A DNA stretch of 63,559 nt, counting the filler, from Gonapodya sp. JEL0774 (Eukaryota), in NCBI GenBank assembly GCA_027604505.1. It is 52 parts of 52 records of this genome, joined end to end, with 100 filler letters (N's around TTAATTAATTAA, not from the genome) between each part and the next. Parts side by side here need not be neighbours in the genome. Positions count along the whole stretch, not along the records: positions 50,251 to 51,370 come from JADIIX010003834.1; positions 51,471 to 52,590 come from JADIIX010003835.1; positions 52,691 to 53,810 come from JADIIX010003836.1; positions 53,911 to 55,030 come from JADIIX010003837.1; positions 55,131 to 56,250 come from JADIIX010003838.1; positions 56,351 to 57,469 come from JADIIX010003839.1; positions 57,570 to 58,688 come from JADIIX010003840.1; positions 58,789 to 59,907 come from JADIIX010003841.1; 44 more parts are not named here. One strand, written 5' to 3'. The notes beneath the pieces were generated by a model. The model ran no database searches. It was given only the letters and a program-made list of their open reading frames with translations, and was not told where the DNA came from. Position 1 is the first letter of the stretch; the number at the start of each line of letters is the position of its first letter. Positions 50,949 to 61,125 of the stretch are shown piece by piece. The translations under genes were made by a program, and so were the position numbers.

Positions 50949-51470
50949 TTCGTTTGGAAGACTCTCTTCGAGAACGAAGGTGGAAAGTTAGCGGTGCGCC
51001 CTTGACCCGGAGGAACTTGGAGCCTTACCCAGAGTCATATCCAAGAGTTTTGGTGTGAAAGTAAGGCAAAAATTGGGGGCTGAGTTGGATTTTGTGCTTT
51101 ATCGTGATCTCACATGATCCTTTGCCGCATGTTTCGTCAGTCGGGTACGGCCCGCGTGTTTGGAGGACTAAAAATCGGCGGAGGCACGACGGTACTGTAA
51201 AACCCTTTTCATGGCTTTCATTTTTTTTTTTGCATATGTAAACCAATAAAATGTCCAATCTCTCAGCGTTTTATGACAACGACTATGAGTATGAGCAACA
51301 GCAAAGCTGCGATGAGGTAATTGACGTTGTGGTCGCCGCTAAGTAGAATATCGCTCATATTCACAGACGCNNNNNNNNNNNNNNNNNNNNNNNNNNNNNN
51401 NNNNNNNNNNNNNNTTAATTAATTAANNNNNNNNNNNNNNNNNNNNNNNNNNNNNNNNNNNNNNNNNNNN

Positions 51471-52192
51471 AAGTTGCGTTGAGTACTTTACTAAACAAAT
51501 ATGATGGGGTGACGGGACAGGTGGGTCTCATATCCATTTTAAATTCGAGTCGTCGCTTGTTGAAAATTGTAAAAATCATCAACTTTTTGCTGTGCGTGCC
51601 ATTGAAGGAATCCGGCAACCTCCTCCGCCGTTTCAAACTTCTGTCGATCCCTAAGTATCTTGTTTTCCACATCAAACGTTTCACCAAGAACAATTGGAAC
51701 GTGGAAAAGAACCCAACTATAGTCACCTTTCCCATCAAGAATCTCGATATGAGACCACGTGGGTTATGGAGCAACAACACCAGCGTAGCCACCGGCTTAA
51801 TCCCACGGCAGTTACTCGCGCGGCTCACCTTCGCTTTGCTACGTTACGTTTCCCACCAGTGCTCCCCGCTGCTCCTCCCACCCTTGAAACACGCTATGAC
51901 CTCATTGCCAACATTATACACGAAGGCCGATCTGACCAGCTAGGCACTTACAAAGTCCATCTCCGAGGACCCGTCACGGGAGAAACAGAGCAGTGGTTCG
52001 CGATACAGGATTTAATTGTGGAGGAAATTTTGCCACAGGTGGGTGTCCTTGTTCGTGAGACTTCTGGAGGATGACTCCAAAGATTTGGAAATGTCTTTTC
52101 GTTTACATCATGCTTAGATGATTTTCCTCTCTGAGAGTTATGTACAAATATGGGAACGCAAGGACGTACAAGGTACTCCACTAAAAGTTTAA
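51471..52192 (+). CDS. SAD1: U4/U6.U5 tri-snRNP protein Sad1/USP39, C-terminal exons
   Basis: LLNKYDG, PKYLVFHIKRFTKNNWNVEKNPTIVTFPIKNLD, YDLIANIIHEG, WFAIQDLIVEEILPQ|MIFLSESYVQIWER. Confidence 0.95.
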
Positions 52193-55100
52193 ATCCACAA
52201 CGCTGTAAAGCATATTATACGATATAAGCAACCAACTGCAATAATCAAAATCACTCTCTGCGAGGTTTCGGGTCATTGTGATCTCACGCCGAAGTGTGTT
52301 ATCACCGCGTGCCAAACCAACTACCCCATCCGGTGCTTTTGTGTTGAGGTTGGGTTGGCGATAGCGCTGCTATCTTGCCTCGCAACTTTGCACAGAAATA
52401 CGAAAGACAATTACACTCATGATTATTAATTCTGAACCAAAAGGCTCCATCCTGTAAGATTTGGCCGACACATACCTCCTCCACATCCTTCTGTCTTCCT
52501 CTTCGCTCTTCGTCCAGCATTGTCGCCAGTGCCACTATTTGCGTATCGGAGGATTGCGATTGGAATGACTCCAGCTGGGCAGTGAGTTTGNNNNNNNNNN
52601 NNNNNNNNNNNNNNNNNNNNNNNNNNNNNNNNNNTTAATTAATTAANNNNNNNNNNNNNNNNNNNNNNNNNNNNNNNNNNNNNNNNNNNNCACGGTGTCG
52701 AGTGCGAACTTGACACCCTCGGAGAGTTTGACGGTTCCTTCCCGCTTCAAGGAACTCTTGGTCGCGATCTTTGCGAGAACTTCCTTCTTCGAGACAGGCG
52801 GCGGCACTTCCTGGTGCGAATTAAAAACGGTTGAGCGTTGGTCTCGGTGTTGTTTGTTTGATCCCCACAGTACTGGCAAACATCCGCATCCACACGGACC
52901 GGCCCGCGTTTCCAGCGATCGGAACAAGCAATCAGGAGAACAACTCACCTTTGGAGCGACCCCGACAGTCTTGAGAGTTTCCCAGGCTCCTCCCTTCTTT
53001 GGGTTGACCGCGCGTGCGTTTTTACTTCTGCCCATGAACCTGAGAACGCCAGTTCACCACGTTCAAACCGTCCGCACTCCCAGTGCTGAAACCGTCTTCT
53101 TCAACGAGTGGCAGTTCCTGGGACGTCGCGGGTCACGCAGGCCGAGTTCTTCAAGGGGAAAGAGAAAACTCGTTCAGCGAAAGGTGTGGCACGCACGAGC
53201 TTATCAGACCACAGCAGGCCAGGCTAAACTAAACATCGGGGAATCTTTGTACTTTCACAAGTATCAGCAAATTACCCAGCCGAGAGGAAATATTGTAATT
53301 GCAATGGCAATTTCCTGCAACTGCGTTCGATGGTTCTCTTTCCCCGTTCAGGGGAACCGGGATGATCTCCAGTATTAATACCAACCTGAATTCTGGGAAC
53401 GGATCAAGTCAATCATCTTCGGACTATTAATGAAAGGAAATGCAAAGTTCGGGTCTTCGCCGCTCTGTCAAACCGTTCCAAACACCATTCAGGTCCCCCG
53501 GACTCGCTCACAAAGAAAGTTGATTGCACAAACCCCCTGATCGTAATGTATCTGTCTTTTACTAATGTAATTGCTATATTCAGCACCTCTTTTGTGTGGT
53601 ACTCTTCTGTTGAAGCGGCGTGCCAGAATTCTGGGCTTGCTCCGCCACAGCTGTCACAAAATTCTGTACAGTGTGCCTCCTCAGACACAAAATTATGTAC
53701 CGCGAACGTTCTCATAAAAGGGCGTTTCCAGCTCATTTTATCGTGCGTCCTCTCCAGCCTTCAGCGCTTCTTCAATATCCCTCGCAAGCGACCGGGTTTT
53801 TCACCGCTGGNNNNNNNNNNNNNNNNNNNNNNNNNNNNNNNNNNNNNNNNNNNNTTAATTAATTAANNNNNNNNNNNNNNNNNNNNNNNNNNNNNNNNNN
53901 NNNNNNNNNNTAACTGGTTCTTGAGGAAGGAGCATCGGGAAACCGTGCCAGAAGACCGGTCAAAATGAGGGCTCGTAGACAATTCACGGCTGAGCTTCTA
54001 CATCTGGCTGATTTCTGGACCGCCATCTTGCGTTAGACGGCATCGGCGGAAGAACGATATTGTCGGATTTGGCGGTACGAAGAGCACCCCCGACCGAGGA
54101 AGACATCGCGTTGCCTTAGGTCATTCGGCCTGGACCGTGCACAAGCAGCGGACGACAGCAACTTCACTGTGTCGGTGACTGGCATTGGGCAGGCCGAAAA
54201 CACCAGCCCAAGCTCTCCAGAGATAGTCTGAGTACCAGATCGTTTCCCCAGTTTTTGGTTCCCAGCCGCACTTAATGAAGCCGTACACCGGACCCTAAAA
54301 CTCTTGTTATTGTAAAACAATAGTGTCCTGATACAAGCTGGTCGATCCCCTGCTACTCCAGAGGTTACTTCGGTGTTTCTAAACATTGCGAAGATAGGAG
54401 GCCAACCGACCACAGCCGTCGTCAGCCAGTCCAGTGAACAAACCTCCACGCAAAGTACTTCAAGACAAATCAATAAGACATCAGTAATGCACTTCTCCCC
54501 CGTAACGTGTCCACCTCACACTTCTTTTCGCTTTTGAATTAGAGGACAGACTGTCTCCCCTTTTGCACTATTTCTTTTTGCTCCCCAACAACGACACATT
54601 CTCAGCCATCAACCGGTAGCTGCCAAAACGCGTGCGTCGAGACAAGATCTCTTACTCTGTTACACAGCCCAGACGCCATCACATTCCCCTTCTGAGGTTC
54701 GACGCAGCTGTCTTTGAGGTCCTCGAGGAGACGCCCACAAACATATTTCAGTCCACTCCAAGTATGAGTCTCATTTGCCGGTATGTTGCCAGTGTCGTGT
54801 TATTACAACCCCCACAGCGAGCAGTCCGCTCCTGCAGTACACGGACCGTTGTTGGGGCTGAGCTTTTTGTCCTTCATTGGCAGGCGGCGTTTATGTTTAC
54901 AGCGCACCAAGCCCGAAACCGACAATTCACCCAAACCCGCAAACCAGCCCCAATATTGCCTATCAAAAATCGCGAATAACATATTTGGAATCTCACAACA
55001 ATTATCTACCAATTAAGATTAACTTGTTTTNNNNNNNNNNNNNNNNNNNNNNNNNNNNNNNNNNNNNNNNNNNNTTAATTAATTAANNNNNNNNNNNNNN

Positions 55101-56350
55101 NNNNNNNNNNNNNNNNNNNNNNNNNNNNNNAGGAGCCTGCCAAACAATCGAAAACAAAGACCACAACCACTTACCCCTCTTCTACCACCGTCTCTGTTAT
55201 CACGCCGTCTCCGTCCCGACCTCCGACTAACGGCGATCGACGAAGGATGTATGGAGTAATTGTCCTCGTCTACACTTTGGTCTTCTTTTCGGTGATCGTG
55301 GTCACTCTTGGGGCGAATCTGGCAGCGAAAATGGGTGCGATAATCACATCGACGGCATTTGCTTCGGAGTGATGTGGGAGCCAGGAGAAGCAGATTTGGG
55401 CCAACAGCTGTTTTGTGTGCAACCATCGCACATAGTCTGCAAGGCTTTGGTTGCAAATCTCACTTATTTATTTATAGATAGCCATCTACTCTTGTAGAAA
55501 TTGGGTCGTTACATAAAGCTCAGAACGCGCTTAATTTGGTGAAGTCCTTTTTTTGATGCTGATGAATTCCTTGAGGAATGGCTATCACTGTCAAGCCCCC
55601 AGTACCCGTCTTCACCAACATGACCGACCCAGCGCAATCCCAGTCACACAAATCCAAAATAAATGTCACCGTTCTGGATACGGTTACTGCGAGTCCTCCT
55701 CAGGCTAAAGATCTACCGCACAAGGCAGCGTCAAACGGTGACGTAGCTTCAGCCACAGAGCCAGAAGTTGAAAAGAGTACGGGTACGAAGGGTGAGATAA
55801 CAGCTTTCGTATTAATCTGTCGCTGTTGGCTGGGACTAACCGGGATCTCGGTCTTTCAGGGGACGTGGAAGGGAAGTCAGGAGAAGCTGACGTCATAATC
55901 AAACCACGCGAAACGCAGACCAAGACCAAGGAGAATACAACCAGGAACTCTCTGGAAACCAGCGTAGGAGCTCCATCAGAGCAGAACCTTCCAGTCGATG
56001 AGGTGGAGGTTCAGCCGGGCGAAAAACCGGAAATCAGTCCCGGACCTTCTGCGAAAGGCGAAACCACATCTTCCACCACTACTGAACCAGACACGGCCGC
56101 TGCAATGTGTGGAGCTACTACTACAACACCCAAGTCTAATTCTATCAACTCCGATGGTGCGATTACCACGGGGTCAGCAGCAGCTGAAGGCCGTGCCTTT
56201 TGGGGCTCTCTCCCGCCTGGGTCGATCGAATCGGCCACCGAGATCCTCCCNNNNNNNNNNNNNNNNNNNNNNNNNNNNNNNNNNNNNNNNNNNNTTAATT
56301 AATTAANNNNNNNNNNNNNNNNNNNNNNNNNNNNNNNNNNNNNNNNNNNN

Positions 56351-57469
56351 AGAGTGTGGGAAAAGGCTTGTATGTCAATCTGGGTGTGGTGAAGGGCATA
56401 ATTTGTAAGCTCAGTTGTGTGCACAGAAAAAATATAGATAAGCAACCCAACATCCATCTCAACACTTTGAGACCTGCGACTCTTGCTGGACCCCAAATGT
56501 CCACATGAACACGCCCTCCAGGGTTGGATGCTCTTCTTCTTTCTGGTTGTGAATAAGGGAACTGTGCTGCTTTTCCAATTTTGCATCCATAACAAAATAA
56601 TGAGTGCTGCAAATCATTCAATTTGACATCCTTCATCTGTCCTGTTCTCACAATACTCTCCAGATCACGCTCATTTACATGCCCTAGTCGGAGATGGGCT
56701 AAAGCATGGTGCATGTCTGCAGCACTTTCAACACTTAACACCTTCGCAGTATACTCTGCAGGGTTCAACTTTGCTGTAATAGGCATCTCGTATAATCTGC
56801 CATTTGAAGAGTGTCCCCTGCAAATCTCCTTGCCATCAGCATCAGCCAGAATGCAAAGATTGGTTTTGGCAGGAAAAGAGACACTGAAACCAAGTTTCTG
56901 CAATGCAGTAGTTGCCAAAAGTGTAGATCGTGCTCTTGGATCATAAATCACTCTGGGAATGTTGATCTCAGTCTCAAAGCCCTTTCCATGAAATGTGACA
57001 CCCAAAATGCCCCTCCCAACTGCAGTTGATTTCTGACCCTTTGCAGCCAATGATAGAAAGATGTTCTCCTGCTTAAATGAACTAAGACCCTGTCCAAGTG
57101 GTGTAATACAGTCTGATGCACCAGAATCAATCAGAAATCGATGTCCCTCATCACTGACAAGAAATGTCATTGAATCTGTATTGGCTGGATTGGTGGTATC
57201 AAATGAGTATGAAAACAAGTTTGAGCAGACGTATCTTCATATTGGCCTTGCTTGGTTGGGTCAGACACAAGCAGTCCCTTTTTAGGGGGACAAAGGCCTG
57301 AATGCTCCGGCACACCCCGACCCAACCTTGGTGTTGTGGAGTGCACCCTACGTAAATCTCTCTTCATGTTCTTGCCAGCTTTGCAGAAATCTCCCCAGTA
57401 TGGCTCTTCAGACCAATGATCCTCAGCAAAGTGGTACATTCCACCACATTCCCTGCATTGCATGAAAAT
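56351..57469 (-). mobile_element. Ty1/copia retrotransposon fragment: zinc-knuckle ORF end, aspartic protease, GAG-pre-integrase, start of integrase
   Basis: FLIDSGASDCITP (protease), LAHLRLGHVN...CYGCKIGK (HHCC) and RVHVDIWGPARV (integrase start) in copia PR-IN order. The upstream knuckle ORF is in a different frame, and homology is lost after about 56450. Confidence 0.93.
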
Positions 57470-57569
57470 NNNNNNNNNNNNNNNNNNNNNNNNNNNNNNN
57501 NNNNNNNNNNNNNTTAATTAATTAANNNNNNNNNNNNNNNNNNNNNNNNNNNNNNNNNNNNNNNNNNNN

Positions 57570-57763
57570 TTCAGTAAGAAGTCCCTGAAACCAGTTGCAT
57601 GAATACCGACGTAAGAACCCTTCTTGACTTCCTTGGAGTCCCCGCCGGCGGCTCCGTTAGACCCTGCGGCCGGTGCAGCAGCAGCTGAAGAAGGTGCGGC
57701 AGTTGTGTCTACGACTTCCTCCTCCTCCTCGTATGCGATGAGATCGTCGTCGTTGTCTGCCAT
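57570..57763 (-). CDS. SUB2: DEAD-box helicase Sub2/UAP56, N-terminus
   Basis: MADNDDDLIAYEEEEE...KKGSYVGIHATGFRDFLL. Confidence 0.93.
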
Positions 57764-58788
57764 TCCTTGTAATAGAACTGAAGGTTGAACGTTTGCGGAT
57801 GTCTGAGAGTGGAATGAGTGCAGACATCAGTTAGCATTGCCCAGAGAGCAGACGAAGCTCCAAAGTAGAAGCAAGCGTGAATGAAAGTAAACAAGAGCTC
57901 TGAGAACGCGGTGGAAAGCGCCAGACTCATAGACCTTCCCAGTCCTCACGGTCAGCGGCAGAATCCAATCACGCCAAAAGCGTCAGCGACCTGGAATCAA
58001 GCCAGCAATGCACATTTGAAGGGTTTTTGCTTCCTCTGCTGGGTCTTCATCAACTCACAGTGGCGGGCTTGGGAACTAGACGTTCTGCTGCGGAAAGCTA
58101 AGCAGCAAAAGATTTCGTGTCACTTGCGCCCGTGCACCTTTCACCCAAACAACGATTCCATCCAGAGCCCAAAACCTGGACTCCCGCCTAGTTTTAAATG
58201 AGAATCTGAGAATTTACAGTTCCTAGTGAGAAGCAAGGCTGGTATCACCGCGGTCGAGAATGTCCGTGCATGATCCGCGGTGGCATTCACATGCAGACGA
58301 TAGTGACTTCTTGTATCTATCCATTCAAGTTATACCATCTCAGTAACAAACGGGTTCCAAACCCCGACGGTAATCCTCCTTTGAGACTGGACAGTGGCAC
58401 ACAGTGTGCATACTGTTTTTGTGATGCACACTCACATGCACGATCACCAGCCAGCGGTCACCGGTAAAATCGGAGTATCACTAGTCAAATCGGACTTCCG
58501 ACCGGACCCGCCGGCTTGATTACGATTAGTCAATGTTCTGGACTCGCAGAAGATGAAATGGAATGTGGAAGGGAAACGCTGAGCTGAGGACTCGTGATCA
58601 TCAAGGCGGATTGCAGAATTTACCCGCTTCCATCATTTGAATGATATCACATAATGAAAGCTCAGCTACCAGAATCTCATCGAGTTCANNNNNNNNNNNN
58701 NNNNNNNNNNNNNNNNNNNNNNNNNNNNNNNNTTAATTAATTAANNNNNNNNNNNNNNNNNNNNNNNNNNNNNNNNNNNNNNNNNNNN

Positions 58789-59907
58789 CCATCTGCAACC
58801 GATCCGCGCCAGGATTCTTTTTCAAGTAGTCGATCACGTTGCCGTTTTCGTAGTACGGCAGGACCATCATGGGGCTATCGGGACCGTCCAGGACCGCGCC
58901 GAGGGGTGTGCACAGGTTGGGGTGGGTGAGGTGGGGGAGGAGGGAGAGGAGGGACGAGGTGAAGAGGGTCTGGGGTGGGAGGAAGGGGGCGCGGGCGAGG
59001 GGTGAACAGTGAGTGTGAGAAAAAGAGGAACTCGGACGGATGACGGATGGCAACACACAAAGAGGAAGAATATACCTGAGTTTGGTCCCCCTCCCCGTTG
59101 CCTATCCGTCTGACCTTCTTCACCGCGACTCTGTTGCCCTTGTACACGCCGTCGTACAAGTCCGCGAAATCACCCGAGCCGATCTGGTTCCGCAGGGTGA
59201 CTTCGGAGGCGAAAATTTGCCATGAGTAGTGCTTGTGTTTGGGGGAGGTGGAGGTGGGGGGGGTGGGGAGTGCGGGGGTTGAGAGGACGAACTGGAGAGG
59301 GTTGGGGATGGGGACGGGGGGGGGTAGGGAGTGTGTGATTGGGAGGAGGTGGAGGAGTGAGATGGCAAAGAAGGTCCATCATCAGCGTCGTAGCCGCAAC
59401 ACACCACAAGGGAAGTGTCAACCTCCAACCACCAACCCTGGTACCCTCTTCAAGAGGATCCCAACCTCAACCGCCGTATCCAAAGCCCCAACCACCCCAC
59501 TCGAGGAATGAGATGGCAAAGAAGGCCCGTCACCAGCTTCAGCCGCAACACCCCACAAGAAAGTGTCACCCTGCAACCCCAACACCGGTACCCTCTTCAA
59601 GAGAATCGCAACCTCAAACCGCCGTACCCAAAGCCCCAACCCCAACCCCACCCGCCCCCACTCACATGGTAATCCGCTATGATCCGTTGCAATTGAACAT
59701 GGAACTCCTTGATATCGTTTGCGGTTTTCTGGCTGAAGCTCAGCGACCCTCCAGCGCGTGCGGTGATCGAGAGCTCTTGCGCCCAGGCACGGAACGATTC
59801 GAGAAATCTGAGGGGGAAAAAAGAGAGGTTTTTTGTCCAGATGGAATGAGTGTATGCATAGTTCAAGTGAGGGGGGCACACGAATTGGGGGACGCGGGAA
59901 AGCGTAC
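58789..59907 (-). CDS. Tyrosine-kinase-like (TKL) protein kinase with a helical N-terminal domain, multi-exon fragment
   Basis: WQIFASEVTLRNQIGSGDFADLYDGVYKGNRVAVKKV and HPNLCTPLGAVLDGPDSPMMVLPYYENGNVIDYLKKNPGADRL. A phase-0 intron at 59665-59292 links to an upstream helical exon. Confidence 0.85.
59356..59645. repeat. Diverged tandem duplication (unit about 150 bp) inside the kinase intron
   Basis: Two copies start with TGAGATGGCAAAGAAGG (about 59358 and 59509) and share GCCGCAACAC, AAGTGTCA, GGTACCCTCTTCAAGAG and CCGCCGTA.CCAAAGCCCCAACC. Confidence 0.9.
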
Positions 59908-60007
59908 NNNNNNNNNNNNNNNNNNNNNNNNNNNNNNNNNNNNNNNNNNNNTTAATTAATTAANNNNNNNNNNNNNNNNNNNNNNNNNNNNNNNNNNNNN
60001 NNNNNNN

Positions 60008-60846
60008 GCATTGTCGTACACTCGTGAACGCATGCCAATCGTAGGTTTATACACATTAGCAAATTCGAAATCCCACAATTTGGCAAGGACACCAGGAAAA
60101 CGAACGTGAAACACGAGTGTATCGCCCTTGACTTTATCCACCCACTCGTATCGTACATATGTTGGGGGAATTCCACGTTGCTCTTCCTCCTCTGCACTCA
60201 GAAGCGATGTGTCTAGTAAAACATTCCCAAAGTGTGTGTCCGCATGAACCAGGCCATACTTGTCTTGTAAAATTGCAAGTGTCCACATTACACTAAACAC
60301 TGTATAGCGCCAAACTTCATCGCTCAACTGTTCGGGCGCGTTGTCTATGACGTGGTCCAAGCCACCTCCACATACATACTCCGACACCAACACGTTCGCA
60401 TCAGGGTACGGAGAGCACTTTTTGTACCGCTTTGTGCGAAACGATTGGAAGGCCGGAGACTCCAAGTCCGCAGTCAAATCACCAAAACACGCCGTCAGGT
60501 GAGGGGTTTCTCTCACACAAGCTTGTAATGCTCGCAGGATTCCCGACTCCAAAAAGGTTGGGTGTTGAGTAAGATTGTAACTCCTCGATAGTGGATTCAG
60601 CTTCACCACATATTTGAGAGCGTCGTGAGGATGATCATAGACACAAGCCAAAATACCTTTGAGCTCAGAACTTCGTCCCTTGTGAATGATAGACTGATAT
60701 CCAAAACCAAACTGCGGCTTCTGAACGTCAAAGCGCTTGCCAACTTTCTTGCCAACAAGTCGTGCCCTACCCTTTTTTATAGCCGTCAGTCGCTCAGATA
60801 GTGTAAGATGGGGAGTACCTTGGGTGTCGATATTACTCATTACCAT
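60008..60846 (-). CDS. NCLDV (Mimiviridae/Imitervirales-type, F10-like) Ser/Thr protein kinase, 3'-truncated
   Basis: Intronless ORF with YVVK, ETPHL, NVLVSEYVCGGGL, WRYTVFSVMWTLAILQDKYGLVHADTHFGNVLL and FHVRFPGVLAKLWDFEFA. The motif order matches the conserved giant-virus kinase, which has DFxFA instead of DFG. Confidence 0.8.
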
Positions 60847-60912
60847 CCTATAAAACTTCTCTATGATTTTTTCACTTTAATCATCATTTCAATCACACAA
60901 AATTTTCCGTAA

Positions 60913-61125
60913 TTACTTTCCCGCCCATACTCCGCAGTTGACCGTCCCGGTCGCACTCGTTGCGGACCACCCAGCAACACTCGTCGCTTGAGACCCGGCG
61001 GAATTCGTTTGAGAAGAGGCGCCGGAAGAGTACGCTGGGGCTGCCCACCGGGCAGGACCAGGACTGAACAAGGGCGCAGCAGCATTACATGTAGCCTTCT
61101 TTTGCTGCGGCACAGTTTGGTTCAC
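60913..61125 (-). CDS. 3' end of a hypothetical ORF immediately upstream of the viral-type kinase
   Basis: Open to the contig end on the same strand. Its stop is only 66 bp (AT-rich) before the kinase ATG. Confidence 0.4.
   Translation of the reverse strand: MNQTVPQQKKATCNAAAPLFSPGPARWAAPAYSSGASSQTNSAGSQATSVAGWSATSATGTVNCGVWAGK

Noticed and set aside
54341..54361. GTCGATCCCCTGCTACTCCA resembling a tRNA T-arm and acceptor end
   Set aside because: The T-stem does not pair, and no D-arm or anticodon arm is found upstream.
60847..60912. Mimivirus early promoter AAAATTGA upstream of the viral-type kinase
   Set aside because: Only near-matches (AAAATTTT, AAAAATCA) are present in an AT-rich spacer, so it is not claimable.
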